From assembly GCA_951406725.2 (NCBI GenBank), contig OX597821.1, forward strand, positions 101,804,001 to 101,868,000: a DNA stretch of 64,000 nucleotides, in the 5' to 3' direction. The position numbers and the translations under genes are program-made. Positions 51,213 to 64,000 of the stretch are shown here, piece by piece. How positions within the stretch are numbered: the stretch's first letter is position 1; each line of letters begins with the position of its first letter. The notes under the pieces are model-generated. The model did no database searches, was not told the origin of the DNA, and worked only from the letters and a program-made list of their open reading frames with translations. The stretch is from Octopus vulgaris. Taxonomy: Eukaryota.

Positions 51213-51438
51213 CCCTTTCGTTACCAACCCGGCTGAAACCAGCTGTGGCTCTGTAGTACAAATGTCTTGTTTTCATAAGTTTTTAATTAAAATCTTCCAT
51301 CAAACCGTAGTCCCAATTTATGTTCCCAACACTAGCTTAATGATAACGAAGTTATTTTACTAAATTCTTTGTTATATTTAAAATAACTGAGAGAAACACA
51401 ACACAAAGCATCTCAAAATAAATACGGTAATGAAAGGG
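51213..51438. mobile_element. piggyBac-type MITE, family B (226 bp)
   Basis: TTAA TSDs; 13 bp TIR ccctttcgttacc / ggtaatgaaaggg. Confidence 0.9.
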
Positions 51439-54231
51439 TTAACGCTAACTTCAACAGGTTATGGTACTAAAATGTAACTTGATGATTAACAGAGGCCTTG
51501 TATGCCGTGTGCTTTGAATCAAAACAAGAGTCTCATTACAAATACAAGACTCAAAGGCCAGTGGTACGATAAATTGGGGAGCCAGATCAGAGGTTTTGTA
51601 TATCAACTCCACAACCCTGGGAATATGGCACTTTTGGTAGAGCTAGACAATGAATGACTTAGTAGAGGTGATTAAGCTAGTCTTGAAAATTCTGGATTTC
51701 ACATTAGAGGCAATAAAATTAAGATTAATGGAGAGACACTGTATTGCTGTATTGCAAACCTGTCCAAGCCATTTTAGCATACAAAAATAAATTAACATTT
51801 AAATTAAAATTACTGATGTCCTGCAACTTCACTTTCTAAAATAAGAAAAAAAGAAAAGGACCACATGTATTGCTACTAAAGCATTTTAAAAACAGTAAAA
51901 ATTAGCTTTATGGATTCCAAGATCAGCATAATTCCTGGACTATAAAGAACCCAAAATAATTTATGAATTTAGCAAAAGTTTTCATGAGTAAATAGAATGA
52001 GAGTCATCTCTTTCATGAACGACTGAAATAGCTTATTCACCAAGTTTTATTGAAAATTCCTGACAAAGTATCATTTTGTTCTTTCTTAAGCTAATCATGA
52101 TGTGAAGGCCTTATATTTACTGAAAATAGCAACAGAAGAAAGATCTAATTTTAGTGAATACTGTCAATACAATAACATTAAGATATTTGATAACTATGAT
52201 GTCAATGGCCATAGTTCTTAAAGAAATATTTTGATTATTATTCATATTGTGATTATCTTTAACTGAAAGAAATAATTTTTGAAAATGGAACTACATGAGA
52301 AACCTTATTTAACTTACAGGAAACTTTTCGAAAATCTATCTTTCACTACAGTTTCACATAAGGACTAAACCTTGGCCAATATTGACCAACTAGTAGGTCA
52401 AAGAAAAGAAATAATCATGACTTAATGACATCACATTAGCACGCTAATTGCTGACATCATAATACAGCTTGTATATCAAGCGCAATATCAGTTAATAGCA
52501 CATGGAGTTTCACTGGAATAAGACAATAAACTGCACAGAGAATGTTCTAGTAAGATCTTTAATGCCTTGGCTAGACATGAAGGAGTTTCTCAGAAATAAG
52601 TTGATGTAATAAACCTACAAATTTCTGTTCAATGAATTAACTATTAGCAAACAAGAACAAAATTTCACGAAAGACAACACCAAAAGAGACAATATGAAAA
52701 AGCATGGAACCTTCAAATAGATTAATAGTAGGTCCTATTTGTTTCAGTTAACACTTAAATTGCTATAATTGTCTTTTACAACTGTTTTACTTACAATTTT
52801 CCAGAAAACACAGAGGAAGCAGAAGATGGTTTTTGCAAAATTGAAAATTTGCATATTATCTGTGGGTTAAAACTGATTATGTAACTTGTATCCTTCAACC
52901 CACAGATGACTAAGACCTGCAGTCAAAAGCATTCCAGCTATGACCAACCCATCTTATTTTTAACCATAGTGTACATAGGGTTACATTATCTTGAACATCC
53001 TTAATTTTTATAGATGGTTGGGTGCAATTTCAGGAAGCTTTTGCTGCTATCTCTAGTAGGGCAAGCAACAAACACAGAGGCTTCTCATTGACTCAAATTG
53101 TGTTTCACAGAGTGGGACAAGTGTAAGAAAGTTTTAGCTTTACACTCCAGTCTGTATGTATTGCAGTATTTTAACCTTAAAACCAACATCAAAATTATTA
53201 TAAATAAACATAACAGATTATTATTTATCAACTCATAGAAATAAAAATGGTAGTTTCTATGTAAATGTTTAACGGTTCTCATCTTTTATTCACTACACTA
53301 ATATTTTCTGTCTTACCAAAACTGAAAAAAATATCTACAGCTTAACACAGTTAGGAAAAAGTACAACTAATAACTTCAATGTCAGTAGAGGTTTTATCTT
53401 TTTCAGTTGTTTTTCCTGGCAGAGTCCAGTTTTCAGTATTGCAAGTACTATTTTAAGAAACACGAGTTTCCAGTTTTATGCTAAGAACCTTCTATTGATT
53501 AGAGCACTGCAGAAAATCCTAAATTCTACCAATACAGGATCAATGTTTGTACTTTCAAAAAGCATTTGAATTCTTAGAATTCACATGATCTTTAGATGCT
53601 TTATTGCAACAATAACATATACTGTTTATTGCTTTGTTATCTAAAAATCCTTCCATTCAATAGCTATTCTGTTTTAGCATCATAGCTACTGTAATATTCA
53701 TACTGTTATTGAAATTGTTGAATGACCTATTGCTTTCAGATATATGCATTTGTAATAATATATTTTTATTTGCTTAGGAAAATAATTTAATCCAATGATT
53801 TATGCAATATATGCAATATATTTTAAATACATTAAAAGGGAATTTAATTTCTTTTGTTTTGAAAAAAAAAATGTATCACAGTAGATGTTAAATATAATGA
53901 ATTTATATTGAACAAATTAGATTTTCTAAGAGATTTCCCATTAATTTACCAAAAAGAAAGTTACTAAATAAATTTATTCATCTACCTCATAAACTGAATA
54001 AATAAAATTAATAAATTATTGGCCATTTAAGCAAATTTATTTCATTTAATCATAATATTTCTATGTTGTAGCTTTCTTAGAAATCCAATATTTACAAATA
54101 AGAAACAAGATACAAACCAAGGAAGAGCCTCCACATGGCCAATCAAAATGCTAAAAACACCAGCCAAAACTCCCTCAAACCACAACCTACTATCTTAATT
54201 AAGTGGACATGTTGGATAATATAGATACACT

Positions 54232-54451
54232 CCCTTTCATTACTGTATTTATTTTGAGATGCTCTCTGTTTCTTTCAATTACTTTAAATATAACAAAGAA
54301 TTTAGTAAAATAACTTGGTTATCATTCAGCCAGTGTTAGGAACATTTATTGTGACTAAGGTTTGGTGAAAGATTTTAATTCAAAACTTATGAAAACAGGA
54401 CATTTGTACTCAGAGCCAGAGCCGGTTTCAGCCGGGTTGGTAATGAAAGGG
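54232..54451. mobile_element. piggyBac-type MITE, family B, opposite orientation to 51213-51438
   Basis: ccctttcattac..gtaatgaaaggg|TTAA. Confidence 0.85.
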
Positions 54452-54793
54452 TTAAACAGTATGGGATAATCATAGCTGTTATGCTTTTAATCAAAGCTCT
54501 GCTAGATTAGGATTAGCTGAACAACAAGTACATCTAACTTAATTTATCACAGATTCATTCATCATTGATCTGGGATAATATGGTACATTCAATTGTGAAC
54601 CATGTTATGCTTATCATGGATTGATCTGTGATAACACAAGTCAACAATCAGTTGAAACTTTTGCTTGGGCTGCAGCAGCATGCCTCAGTGACCATCGACA
54701 ATGCTCAGGTTAACTTGAGGTCTTGGAATGAAACTTATTTTCCCTACAAGTTCAATTACACTGAGTAACATGAATTTTACCCTTGAGTAGCAA

Positions 54794-55177
54794 CTGTTAT
54801 TTCCTATTTGCTTATCCCTAGAAAGTATGAAGAATGGTTAATATTTCCTTCAAACTTTGCTTTTACTACATTTATTCAAACCCCAAAGAATTCCTTTCAA
54901 CACATGGCTATGATGATCCCCCTCTACTCATGCTCATGATTGGAGATGCACATATTGCCAACCACTAAGGGATATGCTCAAGCATATCTGTGCTATTAAG
55001 CAGAATATTTCCTATAATGATATTTCTGCCTCAGCGACTCCATGCTGAATCTGTTTGAAATGTAATGGAAAATAGGTCAGTTTCAAAACATTGATGTCCA
55101 GGTCGCAAAAGCAAAGTTTGAAGGGAATAGTAGCCATTACCTTTGATTTCTAGTTAGAAGCAAAGAGGAAAAAACAC
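54794..55177. mobile_element. MITE with ~75 bp imperfect TIRs
   Basis: aatggttaatatttccttcaaactttgctttt versus aaaagcaaagtttgaagggaatagtagccatt. Confidence 0.65.
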
Positions 55178-55715
55178 TTACTGACCAAAAACAAAACAGA
55201 AAAAATTTCTAAGTGTTATTCATTTATCACCAATTTATCTAGCACAGTGGTTTGTTTTTTTTAATCAAACACCAGTGACAAGCGAGGATAGAAGTATAAT
55301 GACAGCGAAGCTCTTACTATCACAGTTTAATAAACTGAATAAGGCTACTCAAGTTTTATTTAATGCTACACTGCAACACATCAAAGTCTGAGAAGTTGGT
55401 CACAACTATAATCTGCTTCCCTTTATCACTTTCTTCTGGCTAATTAAGTAATGCTGTGTATGTAATTAAAGCAGTACTAATAATACCTTTAGACTTATTC
55501 ATGTACAAACATGTTTTATGTGGTAGACACTTTAAATAAAACTGTTCTTGTGTATAATTCTGATTCAAGTTGAGAAGGCATCTAGTTTGGTCAATGACAT
55601 GAAATGAAATTTCCAGAACAATAATCAATTTTTTTTATTTTTATTATTAAACCCATTACCTTAAGTCTTTTCAATTAACTTTCGGAGATTGCTAAATTTG
55701 CTGAATCTGACACGC

Positions 55716-55750
<35 letters not shown>

Positions 55751-56114
55751 ATATATATATATGTGTGTGTGTGTAATCACTTATTACTTTCTTAATTAGA
55801 ATTACTTTTTGTTTTTCTCTTTTTTTTTTTTATTATCTCCTTTAAGAACAATGAGAATTAAAGAGTTATCAAAGCAAGTTTCCATGTTATCTTATCAACA
55901 TATGACATCAGTTCCTAACAGAAAAAGAAAACCAGTTTTGTCATAGTAACAAAAAAAAAAAAAAATCGCCTGTCTAATTATTTACAATTATCTACATTCT
56001 GAAGCAATAGCTTCATGTAGAGCCACAGGTCATTCTCATTTGAACAGACCTATGAACAAAGGTATTCTAGCCATGACCACATTATCTTTTTCTAAGGTAT
56101 AGTACACAAGTGCC

Positions 56115-56445
56115 AGCATGGCTGTGTAGTAAGAAGTTTCCTTCCCAATCACATAGTTCTGTGTTCAGTCCCACTGTGTGGTATCATGAGCAAGTGCTTT
56201 TTACTATAGCCTCAGGCCAACCAAAGCCTTGTGAACAAATTGAATAGACAGTAACTGAAAGGTAGGTGTGTGTGTGTCTCTCTCTCTCTCACCCATCACT
56301 GCTTGACAATCAATCTTAGCAGTTTGGCAAAAGAGACTGGTAGAATAAGTACCAATCTTTAAAAAAAGTACTGGGGTTGATTCATTCAACTAAAATTCTT
56401 CACACCAATTCCACAGTCTAATAACTAAGAGAAGTAAAGGATAAA
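56115..56445 (+). mobile_element. Diverged CORE-type SINE
   Basis: Head, CORE-like and tail motifs. Confidence 0.75.
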
Positions 56446-56559
56446 TGATAAAAATGGGACTACATTATCCAGTGCATCTTTTTTTTTTTTTTAACATTTG
56501 TAAGTTCTAATTTGAGAGATTTAGCTGTTGTTTCTAGCAGATTGAGTGATCATATAGAG

Positions 56560-56780
56560 CAGTGGTTCCCAAACTTTTTTGGGCTGCCGCCCCCTTGACA
56601 CCCAGGCAACATTTCTAACACCCCCACCCCAACTAATCATCACAAACATTGACCTCTTTCTGAAGCAAATAAAACTTAACCTAATGAAACTATTATTTTG
56701 TTGTTCTGACATGAATCGCTACCCCATAATTGCCCCACTTTCCTTCAATGTCCCCTTGGAACTTTCCACTGCCACTCAAT
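56560..56780 (+). mobile_element. hAT Charlie-type MITE fragment
   Basis: Begins cagtggttcccaaac; right TIR not found. Confidence 0.45.
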
Positions 56781-58329
56781 AATCCTTGTTATGAATGTAA
56801 ACAAAATACTGTATAAAAGCTATTTAAACATTAGAAAAAAACCTGGAGAATCTAATTAAAGGTTTTATTATTTATAATAAATTCAGTTTGTTGGTACACT
56901 TTGTTTTCATTGACATATTACTCTTTGCCCTCTTTATCTTAATTTTTTATTATATCTGAGCCCTCATTATTTTTTTTTCCTATGGTGATCCCCTCATATG
57001 ACAGGTGACATTTTGGTATTTCCCCATTTCTTCACTAGATCCATTAACCAATCACAGATCAATATTCTGGAAGGCAAACTTAAAAGAATCTCTTTCACTA
57101 GGCAACTGTTGTACTTTATGTTCTCTCTTGGCCTAGTCAGAATAGTAGCAAGTTGATGTCTGTCTGTCTGCCTACCCTACCCACAAGCCATTAGTTCACT
57201 CTTTTATGAACCATTGCTCAGCAGAATGACACCATAGAACAGAATTGGTTGTTTGTTCACTCACAGTTTCAGCTGTCTTAAAAACAATACACATTTAAGC
57301 TAAATGAAAAATCAATTCACCATATCTCTATTCTGGTTCCTTACAACCACATTTTCTTTTCTAGATTTCCTATATTTTTTTTTCTATTAATACTGCATGT
57401 GTGCCTAAAATGAAACTAATTCAGAAACACAGGTGTAACACATGAACCACACCACTAGCTTATAAACACCAACATGTCTACCACATTTCCTATAAACACT
57501 TATGTACATATTACTTTAATTAATGTTGTTAATAAAATGATTACATTATTATTGATTTGAAATGTTATTTATCTATGCAAAAGTAACTATTCAGTTTTAA
57601 TTTTGTATTCACAACCTTTCTAAGAAGCACTAGTGTAGCTAGAGGTGGGTGATCTGCCCCAGGCGGCACTTTTATGAGAACAGCAAACTGAAAAGCTGCC
57701 CCAGTGGCACACACTTTAGTTTGATTAGTTTGAAATATTTTACCACTTTGGCCAGATAAGTGCTACCTTTGAGGTGGTCCAGTCTAGTGGTGGTCTACTC
57801 TTGGGCAAGTCTTGTACATGTGAACCTTCTCCAGTACCCCCTAAAAGACCTGAGAGGGATCATACCCTCCCCTGCTGTCATTAAGTAAATTCCTGGAACT
57901 TCAACTACCATGACTAAACTTGGGATGAATATTGGAGTGGCTTCTCATTACCTTCTCGGGGCAAATGGGATTTGAACTCAGAATGTAGTGAGCTGGTAGA
58001 TATACCATAAAGTATTTCTGCTGACATGCCAACTATTCTTCCACTCTCCCACTCTCTGTGGTGGTACATAAAAAAGCTTGATATGTATAGTTTTATGTAT
58101 AATATATATGTATATTGTTATCTCTATATATCCTTTTCTACATTTCTAACATGTTAAAGTTTAATTCACTTATTCTCCAAGTTGTTGCAGCTGCATTAAT
58201 ATTAAAAGAATGGAGATTTTTATGTGAAAGACAACAACTTCTAAAAATAACAAACTGGAAGTCCTAGTTTTTTTTTTGTGTGTGTGTGTGTGGTTCAGCT
58301 GCCTTCCTATAGTACATGATTGTACTATA

Positions 58330-59870
58330 TTGCAATTTATAGACTTTAGGCAAATTGCTTTCAGAAATCATTTGCTACAATGGTGCATCACAAACTCAGC
58401 TTATGAAAACAAGCCAAAAAGGAAAGCAGTGACTCTTTTATGGATAATCTCCAACTTCTCACAATGAAATACCACACTAATTCCCCTACTGCTGACCAAC
58501 GTAAGGACCAACTCCTTTTGTTGGTCAACATTCATCTCAGACACACAGTCACATGCTTTCTCAAAAGTTCTCAAGATTCCATAGAAGATGGCAACGATAA
58601 CAGAATTAGCTAACAATGATGTTAAACTGATCTACACATTCAGCAGTGAAGGCTTCCATAGTTGCAGCATTCAAGAATTGTGTTTTTGACATAGAAAAGA
58701 TGAAAAATGCTCTGCAAAGAACTTTATGTGCAATAAATGCAATGAAATAATGTACAGCCAGCATGGAAAAACAGATGTTGAATGATAATAATAATCCTTT
58801 CTACTAAAGGCACAAGGCCTGAAATTTTGGGGAAGAGGATTAGTCAAGTATATCAAACCCAGTGTTTCACTGGTACTTAATTTATTGACCCCAAAAGGAT
58901 GACTGGCAAAGTCAACCTCAGTGGAATTTGAACCCAAAAGACATGAAATGATGCTAAGCATTTTGTCCGGCGTGCTAACAATTCTGCCAGCTTGCCACCT
59001 TAATAATAATAATGATGATAATGATGATGAAAATGATGACTTAGCTAACATCTGCCTTGCATGAAAAAAAATTTCACCAAATCTCAACCCAAATGCCACT
59101 TATACAAAGACCACAAACAACCCTTATTGTCAGTATACCAAGAAAATGAAGAGCAAGACACCATGCATCAATATCAGAAGACAAAAATCAAACAAATATG
59201 CTTCTATCAATGACTTGGTTGAAGTGTTAGTTGGCATTAATTGATAATAGGCTCAGATCACACTTTCGCTGAAACGCATTCTGGATAACAATATCTCATA
59301 CAATAGAATTAGTCATAAACCATTACTCTCACAATCAGAATTTCAAATTCTTAGTTGACCTAGCATAACACTATTACCAAATTCAACTCCTTACAAAAAC
59401 ATGAAATTCCATGTTCATAGCATAGTTATCGGTGGAAAGGATATGCAATCAAAGCATTCAAAATCAAAGCCACAAGTACGGAGAGGGGACTTGATCCAAT
59501 AACTCCATGTATGGCACAGTCTACTCTGCAAAAAAGTCACATGCACTATTGTTAGGAACAATTATTTCAAAATTAAAATCTATTGCAACTCCACTATTGA
59601 ATAATATTTTTGCCAATATACAGGAGACAACTCTGAAGAGGTTTGAGTTTTATTAGACCTTCACAATGAAATCGTATTGTAATAATAGGAGGACCTATAT
59701 GGCAGTCATCTGAGAAGCTCATTTTGGAAACATCAAAATCCTTTGAAAAGGATGAATTGCCAAGGCTGAGGGTTATTCTCTTGCATGAAAGATCTCCCTA
59801 ATAGAAAATATTTCAAGCTTTCAACACATCATACCAATGCATAGGTCTTGTGTTTACTATTGCTCCAACT
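58330..59870 (+). mobile_element. Possible highly decayed LTR-retrotransposon gag/protease remnant
   Basis: Only an ALID.GSD-like motif near 59235 and coding-like composition. Confidence 0.25.
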
Positions 59871-59884
59871 GCTTCAAGTACTAC

Positions 59885-60250
59885 ATGCAGACATGGCTGT
59901 GTAATTAAGAATTAAAAAGTTCATTTTACCACTATGTTGGTTTGAGTTCAGTCCCACTGTGCAGCACCTTGCACAAGTGTCTTCTATTAATAGCTCCAGG
60001 CCAACCAATGCCTTATGAGTAAATTTGGTAGACAAAAATTGTTCAAAAGCTCTTTGTATATGTGTGTGTGTCTCACTGTTTGACAATTTGTGTTGGTTTG
60101 TTTATGTCTCTGCAACTTTGCAGTTTGGCAAATCGAGAGTCATAGAATATGTACCAGACTTTAGAAATGTACTCTGGTTAGTCTGATGAAGTAAACTCTC
60201 CAAAACATGCCCCACCATGGCTATAGTCCAATGACTGAAACAAATAAAAA
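59885..60250 (+). mobile_element. Diverged CORE-type SINE
   Basis: Head, CORE-like and tail motifs. Confidence 0.75.
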
Positions 60251-60274
60251 TACTCTCAAGTATAAACCACCACA

Positions 60275-60610
60275 AGTTCCAGTCCTTGTTGAGCTGTAGT
60301 GGCTAGTGTGCCTCAATGACCCTCACAGCTATGCCAGCAAAATGCAAGATCTTGGGAGGGACTTCTATGCTGAACATGTCAAAGGATAGAGGCCAGACTA
60401 AAGTGGACCAGCTCTTACGAGTAGTATAAATTGGTTTGTGTAGACCCAATACACAAACCCCTACCAAAAATTAAAAAAAGCAAAGTTAAAGACACATCAA
60501 TGACAATTCAAAACCAACAAGGTCTAGAAGAGGAAAAGACAGCCCAGAGTCGATAACAATGGAGAAAAGTTGCTGGTGGCCTAGATGCCAAAGACTTAGA
60601 TGAGTAATTA
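60275..60610 (+). mobile_element. Non-autonomous bipartite RTE derivative (5' UTR joined to 3' end)
   Basis: ccttgttg..ggctagtgtgcctcaatgaccc..agctatgcc..ccagactaaagtggacc (RTE 5' motif), then AQSR*QWRKVAGGL (RTE C-terminus). Confidence 0.55.
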
Positions 60611-60698
60611 GATGTATTACTAATTCATATAGTAAGCTTTCCATTTTGAGATGTTTTTACAACTACAAATTCAAGAGCATTCTCAGTGAAAGTTATTT

Positions 60699-60965
60699 TA
60701 ACTAACTAACCATCCGCTCAGTCGAAGTCGACTCTCAGTTACTCGATGGATCAGTGTTCTCCAGCCAGTTCTATCCTGGGTCGCTTCTTTCAGATGGGCT
60801 ATGGCCATTTCCATGTCACTCTTGATGGTGTCAAGCCAGCGGGTTCTTGGTCGGCCTCTTCCTCTCTTGCCACTGACCATTCGGAACATGATGTCCTTCT
60901 CCAGGGATCTTCTCCATATAATATGACTAAAATATGCCAATCTATGCTTGGTGATCCTATTTTAC
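60699..60965 (-). mobile_element. RTE-BovB-like LINE 3' end
   Basis: LAYFSHI..RSLEKDIM..VSGKRGRGRPRTRWLD.IKSDM..LKEATQDR.GWR.LIHRVTESRLRLS plus (TTAG)n tail. Confidence 0.9.
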
Positions 60966-61049
60966 AGTCAATAAAAACTTGCCTAAACACGACATTTTGT
61001 AAGTTGTCTTTTCAATGGTCTGCTCTTAATGCATTCCCCAAATAAAGAC

Positions 61050-61422
61050 ATTCCTCTCTTCTTTTACTCTTTTACTTGTTTCAGTCATTTGACTGCGGCC
61101 ATGCTGGAGCACAGCCTTTAATCGAGCAAATCGACCCCAGGACTTATTCTTTGTAAGCCTAGTACTTATTCTATCGGTCTCTTTTGCCGAACTGCTAAGT
61201 TACAGGGGACGTAAACAAACCACACACACACACATATATATATATATACATACATATATACAATGGGTTTCTTTTAGTTTCCGTCTACCAAATGCACTCA
61301 CAAGGCTTTGGTCGGCCCAAGGCTATAGTAGAAGACACTTGCCCAAGGTGCCACACAGTGGAACTGAACCTGGAACCATGTGGTTCGTAAGCAAGCTACT
61401 TGCCACACAGCCACTCCTGCGC
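61050..61422 (-). mobile_element. Young, near full-length CORE-type SINE
   Basis: CpG-retaining reverse homolog of 4752-5138. Confidence 0.9.
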
Positions 61423-61489
61423 AACAAGACTTCAATATAAACCAGTATTTGGTATAAATCAGTGAATATAGTTTATCAACCCCCAAATA

Positions 61490-63480
61490 TTTCTCAATAT
61501 ATTCTTTTGATTTAGGAGCAGTAATTTGTTGAATTTTATTTATTAGGCTATATGATGGTTTGATCTCATTCTTTGAGAATATTCATTCCTAGGAAATCTG
61601 TAAAAGATGCATGATCAATGCATTTCAGTGTGTTTATTTGGATTAATTGATACACTGGCTCCTTTAAGTCTAGCAATAACTGCTAGATTCTTGATTTTTC
61701 AATTCTAATGCAAAGATAAGTATTTCATCTTGATAATTATCCTATTGATTCCCTTCGGTATAGACTCCATACAGTATTGGAACATGAAGCTGCTGTCTTT
61801 GAGACCAGCTGAAGTTTATTAGCCAAGTTTTTATCATTGCTTGTATTTACCAAACACAATCTCTCAGAGTCTCGATTCAAAATAATCTGCCACCAATTGG
61901 GGAGGAAAAAAATTTGCCTTTTGCATATCAGTGAACATAGTTTCAAAGTGAGAGAAACTGTGAACCTCATTATTTAAGTGTACTTTGTAATTAGCACACA
62001 TTCTTATTTCACCATTTTTTCTTTTGCATCTATACAATTGATACATTGTTGATCATTTTATGGATATAGAGTTATAATTCCCCTCACTTTAAACTTTTGA
62101 AGTTCTTTTTGCATTATAATCTTCTATTAATGGTAAATAGAAGAAAATAACTTTCAGAGCATCTGCACCTTTTAATTTGAAGTTATGAAGAGTGATAACC
62201 ACAACAAAGCTGAACTGTGTGTTTTTATTATTATTTATCCTTATTAAAATTATTATTATTATCATTAAAGTGGCAAGCTGGTAGAATCGTTAGCACACTA
62301 GGCAAAATGCTTAGCAGCATTTTGTTCATTGTTACATTCTAAGTTCAAAGGCTGACTCTGCCTTTCATTCTTTCAGGGTTGGTAAATTAAATACCAGTTG
62401 AGCACAGGGATCGATCTAATTGACTAGTCTCCTCCTATAGTAGAAAGGATTATTATTATTATTCTAAGCCAGGCAAAGCAGTTGTACTACCAATTACCTC
62501 TAACTTAGGATCGTCATTAGAAGTTAAATGTCTACTGAAAGCAGGTTTAATTATTAATGATAACTTTGTTAACAGTGAAGCTAGAATGATGAAATTTGCT
62601 GCACCAATATCTAATTGCATTTGAACTGAGTAAACATTCAATGCACACTTAACTTGATACCATTTCTCGGAGAACTAATATTCAAAATTACTTCCTTTAC
62701 ATCAGACAGTTTAGGATTCATCACCTAAACATTAATATTAGAGAGACTTGGTAAAATACAGTGGTTTTTCACATGCAAAATTTGCTGAAGTGGACAAATT
62801 TACAATTTCTTCCTATATGCAGAACAGGAGCTAGAAGGATATAATGATCTAAAAATGTTGTGATTTTTTACCTGTCTTTGCTGTTACTCACAAGATAAAT
62901 TTTCCTTAATGAGAGGACTCGGCAGTAGTGTAAAATACTTTTGTATTATATCTTGGCTGTAGTACTGATTCAAGAGCAAACATTCAGGCTGACTACCTCA
63001 TTACAACATATAAGAATGGACACTTTAGTTGAAGTTCTTAGTCAATTAAGAATTTTTATTTGAGTTTAAAGGATTTCATTGATAAAAACAAATTTCATAT
63101 ACTGCTTCTGGGTCAACTCTGATTGCAGAGAATTCACTTAAAGAAGTATGCACATTAAGACTTTGGCAAAAATTTTATCCTGTCTCAGACAAATCTAAGT
63201 TTTATTTTTCAAAAGTACACTCAGTCTTCAATTGAAGAATCTTGGATTGTCAGATATGACATCTTTCAGTTTGTGGATTGTGCGCTGACGTTAACTTAAT
63301 ACAAAGAATTTTGGCTAAACCAGTTCAGGCTTAGTGTCATCTGTAAGTAGGTTTGAGTTAAACAGTACTAGCCAAGCAGTTGCTTCTTCAACATCATCAA
63401 GATTTAAGTGTTTATTTAGACTCCGTTTTGGTATCTGTTAGCTGATTATTAAGAGCGGCAAATCTTCGCCGTCAATTTGT
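61490..63480 (-). mobile_element. Degenerate Gypsy (Mag-like) gag-protease-RT remnant
   Basis: MQLDIGA (protease LDTGA), RKNGEIRMCANYKVHLN (RT), PBS-like ttgacggcgaag near 63470; interrupted by a SINE. Confidence 0.7.
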
Positions 63481-63672
63481 GCCTATGATAATGAAATAAA
63501 TCAATAATAGTAATTCATTTGGTCGAGGCCATGAATAATAAACAAGAGTATATAATTCAATACCAGAAGTAAGTTCAAACCCTCAGACGTGTTATAATTC
63601 TTCATGGTTCATCGACATTATCCAAGAGGAACAATAAACTTATGCAGATGGAAACCAGCACATTTTACTCAC

Positions 63673-63799
63673 ACCTATCATTTGCAGTACTTGCATAAAT
63701 ATTAATAATAGAAAAGAAGACAAGCACTACTTTAGAATATTGTACATAGAACAAGTTTACCAATTCCACATTGGTGTTAAGTTGAAAATAAGTTCCCAT
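63673..63799 (-). CDS. Candidate first coding exon with signal-peptide-like end (MGTYFQLNTNVELVNLFYVQYSKVVLVFFSIINIYASTANDR), phase 1
   Basis: ataATGG context, 42 codons plus 1 nt, consensus gtgagt donor, CpG-retaining surroundings; no homology recognised. Confidence 0.4.
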
Positions 63800-64000
63800 T
63801 ATAAGTAAAATAGAAAACAAGTTGCTTTTGTGTTTTTTGGTTGGGTTTTTTTTTGTTCTTTTTTTTTTAAAGTAAATTCTACGGAACACACAGAGAAAAA
63901 CTCAATAATTACTGTTTAGCTACCCTCACATCAACCACGATTGAGCAGAATTCTGATCTAAAATATTCCTTCTACAACCATTGCTTTTTTTTTTCCCCCC

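Noticed and set aside
52795-52859. Possible 65 nt minus-strand exon with gtaagt donor
   Set aside because: Equally plausible splice signals on the plus strand and no recognisable peptide.

Overview
AT-rich eukaryotic DNA, very probably an octopus (coleoid cephalopod) genome. This is inferred from the tRNA/CORE-type SINE families and the very large CA/TA microsatellite load. No complete protein-coding gene is visible. The window looks like giant intron(s) of a minus-strand gene, with two candidate first coding exons (63673-63799, 41311-41388). It is packed with transposable elements: a near-intact IR/DR Tc1 element (12068-13671), a decayed mariner, a ~1 kb solo LTR, remnants of RTE, BovB-like, Hero, Penelope, Gypsy and hAT elements, piggyBac-type MITEs and dozens of SINEs. 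The most striking signal is a set of seven clear loci (plus one weak one), from about six unrelated sequence families, carrying type I hammerhead-ribozyme motifs (CUGANGA..GAAA..UH). Most are arranged as short head-to-head palindromes with one hammerhead per strand. One family occurs twice (21479-21660, 44556-44815) with fully intact catalytic cores on the minus strand. All structures were read by eye; no folding, alignment or database search was run.
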